From Rhodosorus marinus CCMP1338 (taxonomy: Eukaryota > Plantae > Rhodophyta): a stretch of 64,000 nucleotides of DNA. The translations under genes were made by a program, and so were the position numbers. The stretch covers positions 3,162,001-3,226,000 of the forward strand of contig JAMWBK010000003.1 of the NCBI GenBank assembly GCA_029953675.1, in the 5' to 3' direction. Position 1 is the first letter of the stretch; every line of letters begins with the position of its first letter. The notes under the pieces were generated by a model. It ran no database searches. It saw only the letters and a program-made list of their open reading frames with translations, and was not told the origin of the DNA. Positions 13,060 to 26,800 of this stretch are shown here, one piece after another.

Positions 13060-13830
13060 TAGAGGATAAGAATACAGTACAGCGGCAGTGAAGAAGACCT
13101 GGTCGTGTTTTTTAGAACGCGCCAAAAAAGAGCCGGAAGACTTTAGCCAATCTCGCAGAGGCAACCCAGGCCATATTTGAAAATGCTCATTGACGGATCT
13201 AAACAGATCCCACACTCTCTTCAAGCGAAGTATGACCCCGTCCGCATGGACTTCTCGGACTGCGCAGGCGTTTTCACAACGCGACCACCCCAGAGCATTG
13301 GTGATGGAGAAACAGTAGAGCCGGTTGACTCTAAATTTCACGGTTCTCAGTTTGTCGCTTCGTGAGATGATCTTGAGCCACACTAGTTGAAGCCTTGCAA
13401 AATCAAATGATCAGCATGTCATCCACAAAAACTGATTATTCAAGCGTGGAAAGCTCATCCTCGCAGTTTATGTGGATGACATGCTGATCATTGGAAAAGG
13501 TCTTATTCAGTGCTTGATCCTAAGTTGTCCCTCAAATGGATCGTGAAAAATTTGGAGGGCATCAAAGGCTTAACTCTGTCCATCAGTGCGAGGCGGGAGT
13601 GTGGCCTAGCCGTTTAGGTTGTGACAAATGCTTCTTCGGCTCGGAAACCTGCTAGCAGGTGGATCAACTAAGTACTCAAATCCAGAAATAAGTAATAAGA
13701 ATCCGAGACCTCAACTTCTTGAGGGATTGGAAGAAGTTTTTGAACGACGCTGGATCTTGATCTGAGAAGAAGAAGGGCGCCGAAATCCTGAAGATGCTTG
13801 AGAGGTGGCAAAGCTTCCAGATCAGTATGA
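13060..13830 (-). mobile_element. Putative degenerate PIF/Harbinger-type (DDE_Tnp_4) transposase relic
   Basis: Fragments occur in the expected order: KHLQDFG..RSSVVQKL (like GSxHD..S.LyqkL), YYLFLD..HLLAGFR (like YYLLGD.GY..LLTPFR), VREVHADGVILRLKRVW (like RvhVEraiGrLKrRw), FFTAAVLYSY. In-frame stops are present. Similarity was judged by eye. Confidence 0.4.
13390..13530 (+). mobile_element. Ty1/Copia reverse-transcriptase fragment (pseudogenised)
   Basis: Reads *LFKRGKLILAVYVDDMLIIGK, with YVDD at 13469-13480, a Copia RT signature. It is flanked by stops and has no recognisable LTRs. Confidence 0.65.
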
Positions 13831-13982
13831 AAGCAGACTGATGAAAGAGGTAATCAAGTCCGGAAATACGGATCCAGTAGTTCGAAATTTGATATATGAT
13901 AGTTTTACGCTTGTGAGAAGTACAAGGTAGTTGATCGGCTTTGCTCTGTATTCCATGAATGTAAGGAAGTCTCTTGGCGAGT

Positions 13983-16900
13983 ATGGCAGTTCATCTGGTA
14001 GTTTTTGGAGGGGTAGAGGAGGCGAACAGGGTCAAATACTTACCCACGCCACTATGTACTCCCTCGTGGATCTCGCAACGTGAGGAGCAGTTGACCGTTC
14101 GGTTTGCGAATGTGGGCTCAAAGTCCGTCGTTTGGAGGAGAAGTGTGAATGGTAAACGAGTGGCATTAACTTCCCCAAAATTTCTCCCGAAGGAATCTCT
14201 GGAAGACGATACTATATACAGAGAGGTACGTCATTATACCCAACATGTCCTCCTCGCCGGCAGAGCCGCAGGACAATCACAGTGACAATGGAGGTGATAG
14301 ACAACTTATTTGTTTGTTCGTATAGGAAGAAGACCTGCGGTCATGCGCGACACTGGCTAGATTTTGGGAAGAAGAAACTTCATCCCTCGTAGTCGTTGGC
14401 CTGAAATTCGCCGCAGTTCTGTTCTCGTCTGGAGAAGAGTTCGAATGCCCACTCCCTTTGACGGATGATTCGGCGTGGACGTTCAGTAGGGTCTTCTCGC
14501 TCCCTTTTGGGGTCATCTTTCAAATAGGACATATGAGGCCTTCCAACAACGAAGCTCAGTTCTTCCTTATGACTCACCCGCTAGCAGAGATGATAAGAAT
14601 CCCCGAGCTCGCCACTGACGATCAGATCATATTCTCGAGCACGGATCTTTTCCTGCTAGTCACCTACTCTCCCAAGACCGACGAGGTCAGAATATGGTCA
14701 ATCGACCAAGATTTTGACGTCAGTCAGAAGCTTTCATCATTCGAGCCGAATGCTGGTCACTGTTCTGTTGTGAAACAGCTCTACAAGAGCTCAGCTGGCT
14801 CTGGACGTCCGCCTAAGGACGTCTTTCTAGCACATGACATGGATGGAAAACTGATGGTATGTTTGGTTGTTAATAACCAGCTCGTGAGCTACAGTGCAAC
14901 TGTCCGTGTTGATGACAAAGGTGATACACTGTCCAAGAATCCTGTTCTGTAGAGCACAAATCTGAAAATGAAAACACCCCTGGCATTTGCACAGATGGTC
15001 AACCCGGTTCAGTTGACAAGATAGAAGAGAAATTTCGGTTAGACGGCGTGACATCTGCGCAAGGCATTTGTGCGAGGCAAGAAGGTCAAATAGATCTAAT
15101 AGTTTTAAACTGCAACGGTGAATTGGAGTTAAGGACTGGGAAGTTAATGTTGGCACGGCTTCAGGCACCGAAATGTACAGGCTTGGAGGAGTGTATAGGT
15201 ATCATTCTAGTTTCCACGCCGAGGCGTTTGCTGACTTGATCTAGTTTGCACCTACGAACAATGGATTCAGAGTGCTGACTTCTCCTTGTCTTTCCCCGCG
15301 CCAAAGGTCTCGCTGATGGTATCTCGTCGCGCGTGAGCCTTGTGGATCTGAAAGGCAGGTCCATAAGAATGTCTGTAGAGAATCTTTGCATTTATGACAC
15401 CTTGACGTCTTCATGCATAGCGATTTGCCAGGATCTGTTGGCAGGGGATGAACTTGCTTTGCTCATGAGGAAGCTGTATACGTACTCCTACGGGAAGTTG
15501 GATGACAACGACTCTCCACTGGAGAGCGAATGGACAGCGTTTTGCCGGTCTGTCCTTGACTTTCTACCTAGTTTTAACTTCACCAGCGATCTAAGGCTTC
15601 CTTCGGTATGATTTCCTCGAGAAGAATGTGGCTTGAGGTGTTCTCATTCCTGCAAACTTAAGCCTGCGTATTCCTTTAGGATTGGGAGTGGTTGTCAGAA
15701 CGTTGTGCTTTTGATCCGGAGGAAGACGTGCCGATGCTGGATCTGCTCGAGCAGCATAAACCTTCGCAGGACGGAATCAACATGGAAACCGTTCTCGAGG
15801 CGTTGCATATTGTATACGAAGAGAAGAGGCTGAGTGTTTTGACGACTATGCCCCTTGCCCGACTAGCGTCGTTGAATACTGTCATCGCGTATGCACTGGA
15901 TCGACCTAAGTTTGTGCAGTACTACGTATCTAGCCATGGCAACACGACCATCTCCAAGCTGTTCGCTGGTCAAACTCAGGAAACCGCAATGATGGAAGAG
16001 GATCATGAAGTGCCAGACATCTTTCTCTGGCTAACCAGGTGCATCGAATCACGCGCAGCTAATGGAGCTTTCTCTTCGAAACGCGAGCTCGGGTTGCCCC
16101 CAACGAGTAAAGAACCCCTGCAGAGACGGGCCAGCTCAGCCTGTCTCATCAAGCAGATCATGGTCGCATTCGAGGAGTTGAGCTCCGTCAAAAGCGACGA
16201 TGGTTACCAGAGAACCATCCACGTCCTAAACAACGTTGGATTGCGTAAGGCTGATATTGATGCGTTGCAGTTTGGACTCCGACTCGTTCTTTACGATGTG
16301 CTGTTGGATTGTAAGGCCTGGCCAAAGCATAGTTGGCCCTCGACGGTATACACTCTGGTTGGTCGAGACGATGTTGTCTCCGCGCTGAACCGAAACCACT
16401 CCCAAAAAAGCGACTGGAAATCTGTGGTGAGGTTAAACTACGAGGCACTTAAGAGCGCCGATTCGAGCATTGCAAAGAAGAGAGTCGATACAGGCCATCC
16501 CCCTGGCTTGTCAGGAGAGCCTGACGGCTGCGAGATTGAAGATCCAGCGTTGCAGCTGCGATTCGGGGCCGATCGGCGCATTGAAGAGGTAAGGAGGCTG
16601 CTTAGGTCGTCTAGACCCGTGCCCACAGTGGCTCCGGAGGGGAGCGAGTGGGATCCTACGAACCCACAACAGCATGAGATATTCTTCAAGAAGTTTCTCC
16701 GATCTCTCGCAGCCGGGGTAGGGAGGGGCGCACTTGTGCTGCGCACTTATTCTCCGTCGGATCCAACCGAGAAGCTGAATATTCCCCCTTTATGCTTGGA
16801 GGGTCGTTTGAGAAACCGGAACGGGGCAATAGTGAAATTGGACAGGACTGCTCTCGAAAACGGAGAGCTGGATTGGCCTGAGTTTCACAACGGAGCTGCA

Positions 16901-19440
16901 GCGGGCTTTAGGGTCATCAAAGGGGACGGTGACATATTGACTCGCACCTGGATCGTGTACAACAAGCCTTCCGAGGAGAGTGGGAGCTCTTCCTACGCTG
17001 GAGTCCTCCTCGCTCTAGGGGTTTCCGGGCACCTGCCTTCCCTCCGAGTTACGGACTGGTACCAACATCTGCTCGCGCGGCATGATCTGACATCCCTAGC
17101 TCTAATGATCGGTATTGGAGCCTGCAACAAAAGGTCGATGCACCCCGCAGCGTCTAAACTGTTGTGCTTACACGTCCGCCATTTCAACGATGTTGGCTTC
17201 TCTCAGTCAGACTGGAATGTCTCGCTACCGGTCCAGGTATCCTTTCCAGAGAAACATTGAGTACTTTTCCACCTGCATTTTATACTTAGGACTTCCCTTT
17301 TACCCTGCGCTTCTCAGGCGGCGGCTTGCGTGGGCCTTGGTCTGTTGTACCTGGGGAGCACTCATAGGTCGATTGCAGAAGGTATGATCCGCGAACTGAC
17401 GCGAAGACCTTCTCCTTCACAAGACCCAACCGGACGCGAAGGTACACTAGAAAACAAGCGCTTGCAGATAACCAGTTGTCCGCTTCCTAATACCCATCGC
17501 ATGCTTTGCTAAAACCTCCTAGGATTGGCCCTAGCTGCAGGTTTATCCCTGGGAATGGTTTGTCTTGGTAGTGGCGGTATGTCAAGAACGTTATCAGATC
17601 TACGGGTTGAGGACCGCCTGAGCAAGTTTATAGTTGGTGGCAAGCTCGACAATGCACCCTTGGATGTGGTTTTGGAGTCCCAGGGCGAAGTAGAGACAGA
17701 ACCACAGCTCGTTCGAGAAGCGACTGCAGTTGATATTGGCGTGAGTGCTCCTGGAGCGATCATGGCTGTTGGTTTGATATACCTGAGAACAAACGACGCT
17801 TCAGCCCTGCGATGGTATGTGCGCCAAAGACCTCCAAAATTTATATTGGAACTGTCGGCTAAGACATATCCCCGTCGCCTTTCCTCGTCAAGGTTGCCTA
17901 TCCCAGCTTCAAGGTTTGAGGTTCAGCTGGTTCGGCCTTACCACATTCTCCTGCGGGTCTTCGCACGATCGTTGATCATGTGGGATTCCGTTGCAGCCAC
18001 TGAGGAGTGGATTGCGGAGCAATTGCCAACCCTTCGTCCTCAGGACGGAAACAGGAGTGACATGTTTCACTACTTGTTCAAAAACAACGCTTCTGATGCC
18101 AGCTCCAGTACGGGCGCTCAGAAGGAAGCAGAGGACGCACCCCACTCGCAGAACTCGGCTTCGAATGTTCTCACGGAAGTCAGAGCAATGGCAGTTTGTG
18201 GGGCGAGTCTTGCGATTGGAATCCGGTTTGCTGGTACTGCGGATTCAAATGCGTTTGATCTCCTATTAAGGATCACGAGAACTTTCAGCAAGTCTCCGGA
18301 CGCTTCGCTTCAGGTATGTACAGATACGTTGGGTATCGCACTGTCTCTCACAATGTGCGGAACGGGGAATCTCACCTGTCTGAGGGAGTTGAGAAGGCTG
18401 CAGACACGTTCTCGGGCCAAAAACTACGGTTCCCAGATGGCAGTTACTATGGCAATTGGTCTTCTGTTCCTCGGGGGTGGGAGCCAGAGCTTTGACCACT
18501 CAAACGAAACAATAGCTGCGCTAGTTTGCGCGGTATACCCACGCTTCCCAACCCAGCCCGCTGACAACAGACACCACTTGCAAGCGTTGAGACACTTGTA
18601 CGCTCTCGCTGCCAAGCCAAGACTCCTGGAGGCCCGTGAAGTCGACACCGGGGCTCCTTGCTATGTACCTGTGAATCTGAAACTCCGAGGACGGGCGTCT
18701 CCTCTGAAAGCGGTAACACCTTGTCTGCTTTCTCAGGCCGAGCTAATTGAAAGCGTCAGCGTGAACAGCCCGAGGTACTGGTCCCTGGATCTTCCGATTG
18801 CCGGTGATCTTAACCAAAGACGAATTCTGCACGTGAAGCGCAAGGCCGCGTACATGCCTTATGACGACGATCCGAAAGGAGTTAAGGGCATCCTGGCGAG
18901 ATCGGAGGGGAAGTAAGTAGTAGAGTCGGCTCGACTTTGCACAATGGACTACTCACGATCTGATTTGTTCGACTTTCGTGAACTGATTTTGTGCTTCGAA
19001 TTTTCAGGTTAAGCTCTAGCGTGGTTGGCTTCAGCGTGGATCCGGTTGCCGTGGAATTCACAAGGCAGTTCTGCGAGTCCGGCGCAAGGGCAACATTCTA
19101 TGAGTCCATCCTTCGCGATTGTCTCGCGAGAGACAAACCAGACTTGGTTTCATTTTTCCTTGAGCTTCAGCAGCTGAATGTGAGCCGAGACCGGACGAGG
19201 AGACTTCTGGAGGAGCTAAACTTGAGGTTGACCAGGGCTCATCTGGTGAGCAGAGGAGGCTCCTCGCAGTCGCTGCACGCGCCCTTTCACGCCCGCGTGT
19301 CGCTGCGGTCAAATTTTGCCCAGCTTTTCGGGAGCCCCCTCCCTCAGCGCGGTGCGAAGTACGAACCATGGCAGATATTGGAACGTCTAGATGCCTTCAC
19401 GATTGCGAAGAGAAGCAGGACTGCTGCAAACATCAAGTAG
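13983..19440 (+). CDS. APC1: Anaphase-promoting complex subunit 1, multi-exon
   Basis: N-terminal FLMTHPLAEM motif; WPEFHNGAAAG, TRTWIVYNKP and AGVLLALGVSGHL; PC repeats (GLGLLYLGS, AAGLSLGMVCLG); YGSQMAVTMAIGLLFLGGG; HLQALRHLYALA. Confidence 0.95.
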
Positions 19441-19528
19441 CTGTCTAAAACCTGCCAAAATTGTTCCATCCCTTCGACTAACTGAAAACTAAAAGCAATG
19501 TCTAAACCAAGCTAGCGCTCGGGTGTGC

Positions 19529-19570
19529 GTTGCACTGGTCGAGTTGCACTGGTCGAGTTGCACTGGTCGA
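19529..19570. repeat. Three perfect tandem copies of the 14-mer GTTGCACTGGTCGA
   Basis: Read directly at 19529-42, 19543-56 and 19557-70. Confidence 0.95.
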
Positions 19571-20283
19571 AGTGATCCTTCCCAGACAGCGATCCACCAT
19601 CCCGTTTAGCCAAGAAATCTGAAGAGCAAATCCGCGACAAGAGGTCAAGCCAAACCTGAGCTGAACCAGCCTCGCGAATAGGTGCTCCAATGCTCTAGGT
19701 GGAGGGGTGGAGCGGGGGGACGTCCGCGAATGCTCTCCCTCCTGGAAGATATCGTTTGCTTGCCCAAAATCAGAGCTGTGGGCGAAACCTTCCATGCTGG
19801 GTACATCCAGATCATTCTTTCCTCTCTCACGGACAACCGTCGTGCACTAGTAGTATGCATGAACCGTGCAGTTTCACAACACAGTTTGGATTCGGGAAAG
19901 GACCCCCATCTACTCCGAAACTACTCCCCAAAAGACCCTGCTTTGACCGAAGCCGGCTGGTGAACGCCTGGTTTTCCTCTTACACCCTTTGCCGGGAATG
20001 GAGAACCCGATCGTGTGAATTCCTTATATACCGAATACATCTCGACACTCAAAATCTATGTATAGCGGGCCGTCGTTGGAAGTGATAGAGTAAGGAAGAA
20101 GCCTCTGCTTACATCCACAACGCAAGACAAGAACCCCCCTCAAAGTCCGCCTCCAGGAAGGGCACGTGAACAGCGACTGCACTCCAAAAGTAACAGACGA
20201 GATTAGGGAAAATGATATCTGTCGGCAGAGGCACAGCTAATGTTTCCAGAGTTAAAAGCTGCGCGCTTAAGAGTATTGATAGT

Positions 20284-20512
20284 GCTTCTAACTCTTTCGG
20301 TGGAGTGAAGTTGGAGCGAAAAAGACTTTATTGCAGTTCGCTATCTGACTCTTTTGGTGGTGTGAGGTTGGAGCGAAAAACCATCTTGATTGCGGTTTGC
20401 TTCTGACTCTTTTTTTAGTGGTGTGGTTGGAGCGAAAGACCACTTGATTGCAGTTTGCTTCTGACTCTTTTAGTGGTGAGGTGGGAGGGAAACATGATTT
20501 CAGATTGCGGAC
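20284..20512. repeat. Degenerate ~58-bp minisatellite, about 4 copies, upstream of VPS13
   Basis: Unit like GCTTCTGACTCTTTT.GTGGTGTG.GTTGGAGCGAAA.AC.CTTGATTGCAGTTT repeated head-to-tail. The fourth copy is decayed. Confidence 0.85.
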
Positions 20513-20823
20513 TAGATGCACTGTCCATGAAACTAAGGGTAATTTGTTTGTGGGGGGATGTTTGACTAACGGAGAAGGAGCTGGGCTGCAAAGGTACTGG
20601 TGGGCAACGTTGACCGATTTTGCGCGAGGTTTGTTTTTGTTGGTTCATTTTTTGAGTTTCTGTGTTAGCTGCTTTGTTTTGTTAGTGGATGTCGGGTTGA
20701 TGCATGGCTTCATTCGTCAATATTGGGATGGGTCCGTGTTGAAGGGTTTCTTGCCTTTTGGTTGTAGGTAGAGAAGCACTGTTCTTTCTTTATTTGAGTT
20801 TATTTAAGGTTATATGATGAAGG

Positions 20824-23800
20824 ATGTTGGAGGGTTTGCTTGCGGATATGCTGGCACGTCTGCTTCGGCAATATGTGCGTGGGATAGATCGAGATGGGGT
20901 CAAGTTGGGCGTTTGGAATGGAGAATTGGAACTCAAGGATCTTGAGATCGTTCCTGAGGCAGTGGCAATCTTGCTCGAATCCGCATCTATTCATGTCCCT
21001 GTGAATGTCAAGTATGGAAGAGTTAAAAGGTTGAGGGTCATTGTACCATGGAAGAGTCTCACGAAACAACCCGTCCGCTTCGAATTAGACGGAGTCACTG
21101 TGATTACAGGAGTCAACTCGCAAGATTTTAATCAAGAGAGTAGAAAGGAACGAGAGAGTCAGTTCAAAAAGAGCATCCTCACTACTGATGATGCTATCCG
21201 CGCTGCTCGATGGAGTGCCGGAGACGGACAGAGCGCCACCAGCGCGAAGTCGTCGAGCTCTGCTCAGACGCAGGGCATGCCCCCTGATCCTCCACTTTGG
21301 CTCTTGAAGCTGTTCGATAGTGTAAAAGTTGAGGTTCGGGATGTTACCCTAAGGTTTGTACATACTTTTGAGGACCGGAAAGAAACCTTTCTAGGTATCG
21401 CTTCTGTGAAGAGGGTACAAGTCAGCAAAACTGATGAAAAAGGCAACGAACTCGTGGAAACTCTTGGTCTTGCGGATGCTGCATCCTCGAGCGCAACCTC
21501 CTTGCATAAGGTGGTAACAATTGAAGAACTGGCTATCGGCCTGGAACCTGTTCCAGATGACGGAGCGCATGTTCTTGATACTGTGACGGACTCCTCCATA
21601 AAGCGCCATGTCCTGTCACCTTTGACATCCACGCTGCGCTTTACTTGGAACCGGTTAGATGATCCTACGGTGCCTCGAGTACGAATTGGCTTGAGCATAG
21701 ACGACGTCAAGCTGTCCCTGGATGAGTTCCAATACTCGACTATGCTGCGTATGTCAGTTCTATTAGTGCAGTTTCACAAATCGATGTCCACTTCCCCGAA
21801 GGATCGATGGATGCTTGCAATTGAGAAGGAACTCCCTGGCTTCATGAAGAGGAGGAAGGCTGACCGTTTATGGAGCAAGGAGAAGGGACAGACCTCGCAG
21901 GCAGTGTTCAAGGAGTATGTGAATACTAGGAAAACAGTTGTCCGCTCACAGGTGAACGGTCAGGAAGAACCGAGAAACGTGGTGGCTCGACTGGAGGCCC
22001 TTGAAGAGACGTTGCCCATCGTAGACATTATCGAGTACAGAGACTATGCGGATCGAGAGATTACGAAAGAGCTGAAATTGCAGAGAGCGCAAGAAGAGAG
22101 TTGGCCAAAACTCTGGGGATTTTTCAGCCGCATGAGACCTGACAAAAACATGCCTCTTGAGAGTTCTAAGCCACGATTGGGCACTAGTTCAACTGCAGCG
22201 GACGAGGATGCAGATTTTGATCGTATGAAGGGCACAACAACTCTATCCAGATCGGACAATATTAGCATCCCGAGCGCGAATAAACTACCTCCAAAGCTTG
22301 AAGCGGTCAGCTTGCCGGTAGGCCAAGCTTTCGGCCCATCGCGGAGCCTCGGAGCTGACACGGGCGTTCGGCCGAACTCTCTGAACCTTGAGAATGCCAC
22401 GAACAAAATTGGTGTCGACATGGACAGAGAAATACAGATCGGAACGTCTAGAACGCCGGTTGATCTCGAAACACTCGATGAGCCGGTTTTCATTCGGCTA
22501 GCTTTTGAACTAGCCAGGTTGCGGTTGGAATTGAAAACTGGTTTCGAACTCGGCGAGCCGAAACCGTTGTCTCAGCTTACGTTTCAGCAGCTTAAGATGT
22601 GCCTGGACATAAAACCTAGGAGCAGCTTCCTCTTTGACGCTGTGCTGGGTCAAGTCGAGCTTCTCGACCTGCAAAAAAACGTTAGTACTGACGAGAACCA
22701 TACTGCCGTGTACACGCATCCTTTCGAGACTAACATTCATTTACTTCATCTTGCTGGAGGACAGAAAACCATCATTTATTTAAGAAGCGCTCTCAAAATT
22801 CCACCCACACGCGATAGGAGCACTCCTAGTCCGGTTAAGCCGACTGCTGGTAAGGCGGCCAATACCACGGTGGATGCCGTCGATCCGGAGTTGTTTTTCC
22901 TGGAAGAAAACGTTACGGATAGCGACGACCAAAGCCCGCAGTCTGTTCTTCAAACAAGCAGCTCCCGACAGAGGTACAAGCCAAGCCTTCTGAAGGCGAT
23001 AACTATTCCGGCTATTTGGCTGATGCTTCAGCAAATTGCTTCTGTGTTTCTCATTCCAGGAGAAGTTCAAATTCTACGGACTCTCGCGAGAGTCCCAAAC
23101 GGACAGGGCCAAAGTCGGTGTCTAGCACAGCATCACTGCGAACCTCAAACTACATTGCATCATTCCAATTCGAAAATTCGACATCTGAGAATCCCTTGCA
23201 GCCCTCGGTACAGACCGTGATACTTTCTGTTGGAGGGCTTGAAGTCGTTGCTGATGGATCAGACGGGTGCTTGGTATCGAGCGTTCAATTCTGGAGACCG
23301 ACAACTGATATAGCTCCGCTCTCTAGCTTGATCCGCTCTGCTACCACTGCTCGTATCGAAATGCTGCGCAATGCTCTAAACCAGCAATCTGTGGGGCAGA
23401 ATCGAAAGCAGAGGCTGGAGATCATTGTACACGTGCCGCGCATCGTCATACCCACTCTGAGAACTGATGAAAGCCCTGAGCTGGCGGCTGACCTGGGAAC
23501 AATCTCACTCTGTACAATTCCCGAAATGGAGACCAATTCGTACTCTGCGTATGACTTGAAGTTGTCGAATCTGCAAATGCTGTGGCTAGAGAGAAAGGAC
23601 GGGTTTACGCATTCCCGCCGTATCCTCGAACCCGTTAACTCGCAGCTGACCATTGGGTCTTTATTTCATCATCCACTTGATCCTCTCCGCGAAGCCTCTC
23701 TCAGTCTAGAAGGAAGGCTGGGCCTTTTGAACCTTAACATGGAAGAAGAAACATGGACCCGCATTACGTGCTTGGCAGCGGAATGGAGCGAATTCTTTGC

Positions 23801-26800
23801 GGATGCGTTGGTCCCGTCTTTTCTTGCTGGGGCGCCAGAATTCACCGCCCAAAGGCTGAAAACTGTACCCCCCAACGTTGAGTGCAGATTGCTTTTTGAG
23901 GGCCTCGCCTGCACGATGAAGTATCGGTAAGTGAGTCTATCAAATCGCGGCGATCAGACAGTCAGGTAGTGATGCGTCTGTTCCTTGGAATCATATGAGC
24001 TCAACTAAAGCGTTGGCCACCGTGTGCTATTAGGTTGTCCAACGAAGTCATCTCGACGCATGTTAAGGGGCTGACAGTTACGCTCCAGCGGCGGGACAGC
24101 AGGAGTCTCGAGATTGAAGCAACAGTACAGGACGTTTCTCTGTTCGATGGCACGCAGAACACGCTGCCTTTGGGCCGACTTTTGAGGATACGTCGGTGTG
24201 AATCGGAAAGAGCCTTTGCGATCAGACTTCTGTACAAGAAATCTAGTCATGCCAACACCTCTGCCTCTGTTCGACTTGGTCATGTGTCAATATCACTAGT
24301 TCAAGAATCTTTGTTGTCAATGATCAACTTCTACGCTGGAGTTCTCGCGAGAGCTGGACCAGATGACAGGTTGCGGTTACGTCGACTGCTGAGCTGGGTG
24401 GGTAGATCTTCAGCAGTTTTGCTTTGAAAGCCTGACTGCCAAGCTGATACTTGCTCGACACTCTGTAGGGAAAGCTGGGCCATCGCTCCGGCGTCGATGG
24501 ACGGAGACCCTCGAGGAGATACCCTGAAGCCAATGTGGTGATCCTTGATGTTGACATATCGGTTGCAGTGTCCGGATTATCACTCGCGAAATTCAGTGCG
24601 AGGGGATTGCGATTCTCCCTTGCTCCTCAAGAAAATGCAAGCGGAGGTCCGGATCGGCTCAGGACAACTGCCGAGATTAATTACTTAAGATTCTTGAACT
24701 TGACCACCCCTTGTGAGGAAAACTCCACCGTCCTAAACTACGAGCGCAGATCCCTGGAAGATAAGATATGGGTGGACTACGACGGAGGAAAGCTCTACGT
24801 TTGGGGAAGACTGAATGGGATTAGAATCGTCTACCTTCATTCTTTCGCGAGTTTGCTGCAGTCCTTCTTTAACCGACTGTACTTGGAAATGAAGACTCTG
24901 AAGCCCCCCGGACGGCCGGATCCGGACAACAAGAGCTCGATGCAGAATTGGCTCCGAGATGCAGTAAAAGTGGATATGGGGGTGCAAAATTTGGAGTTCG
25001 TGCTTCCCAGAGGGACCTCAAGCGAAAGTGAAGCTGTCCGAATCTTTGTGGGTGGGTCGCAAGTTCTAACGCTACCAACTGCGGACTACGCGTTGTCGTT
25101 GTGTGCAGAAGCCGAGATGGTGGTCATATCAGTTCATTATTCAGGCTTTGAGGCTCGACATGCAAGCGTGCATAGCCCAACTTCGGATGCAATAGTCCGG
25201 TGTGACAAAATGAGAGCGAGCTTAAAGGCTGGAGCTGCTTCGAAGACTGGAGTGGATGACATGACTAGGACCCCGATGTGGCTCTTGGAATTTTCATCCG
25301 ATGAACCAATCCTAGCCACGCTGAGTGAGGCTGAGTACACTGTGCTATACTTTGTCCTAACAGAAAATTTTGCTGAGAGCAGCAATATAAGCATTCTCCA
25401 GGAAAAAAACAGCGCAATTTCAGAAGCAAAGGTATCTGATCGGGCTGGCGCAACAATCTTTGCGCTGAGAATTTCGTTTGGTCTGCTTGAGAGTCTCGTC
25501 TTGTCTGGTGAGAGGAGGTTTAATAGTTCTGAGGAGGTCATGTTGATATCCAGTCGCGACGTGATGTTCACACTAGATGTTCAGAGTGGACCTAACAAGC
25601 TCCTCGTTGGGGCTCAGTTCGTGCTGGACGCGGTGATAGACTCTACGAGTGGTTACAGAGTCGTTGTTCCGAACGAATCGCAGGGCGACGACGGGGTTTT
25701 CATAGTTTCGTATGAGAAACTACGACTGCAACGCTCTGAGATTACTTTGTCATGCCCGTCGATAAGTGCTTTCGCTCAAACTGGGTTCTTCCGGAAAGCC
25801 ATGAACCTGGTACACCCTGGCAGCGAATTTTTCACTGGGACCTATCGGCGTCCAGTAACACCATTCAAAGGTCGTGTCCTGCTGGTGACGGCTCGGGACC
25901 TCAGGCTTGTTGTTGAAAGCCCGGACGTGGAAGCAATGCAACTATTGGCCATCAAGACAGAACTGTCCCTGAGCTGTGTTTGGGATGAAACATCGAGGGA
26001 TAAACAGCTTTACGTCAATTTGAAGAGACTAAGGGCCGGATTCGAGTGGGTTGATACACCCGATTCTCGTATGCTGTTTCATCCAACAAGCGTGGTCCTG
26101 AGGCTGTCGGTGCCTGTTCTTGGGCTGAAAACATGCTCAATCGTAGCGGAGAGTATCCTCGCAGACATCACCGAAGAGGATCTTGCGTCTTTCAAGCTCA
26201 TGAGTGGCGAGTTGCAGACTTTGGATACAAACCTCGCTCTGGACGTCACTGGAGGATCCATGGTTGGCGCTGTCAGTCCAACCAGTGAATTGAAAGGGAT
26301 GGAGATATCGCTCAAGATGGACTCGATAAAGATGAGGATGTTCCTCATTGGTGAATCTCGTCGAAACGTACCTGTCCTTGAACTTACAGTGAACCAATTC
26401 GCTTCCAACTTAAATCAATCCTGGCTGATAGAACTTTCTCTAGAACTGTCTATGAAGCTCTACGATGAATATGCGGGATACTGGTGCCAGTTCGTGGATC
26501 CATGTCTTGCGAGGGCCACTGTTGCTATGGGTAGTCGGGGAAGTCTTGGGGTAACCGCGGAAGCAGATAAGCTATTGGATATAACGCTAACACCTGAAGC
26601 TCTAAAGCTCCTGAGCCGAATCATGCGCGCAATGAGGAGCAGTAATCCAATGGGTGGCATTTTGTCCAAGGGGTCTTCAATCGGCCAAAGCCCGGATACA
26701 GTGATGAGTGGTAGCTGGACGCAACCCGGATACATTGTACGCAACGAAACCGGAAAGCCTTTTGTTATCGCTTTCTCGCGCTTTGATCAGTCAGACCCGT

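Noticed and set aside
20284-20512. Possible CRISPR array
   Set aside because: The repeats are contiguous and degenerate with no unique spacers, there are no cas genes, and the context is eukaryotic.
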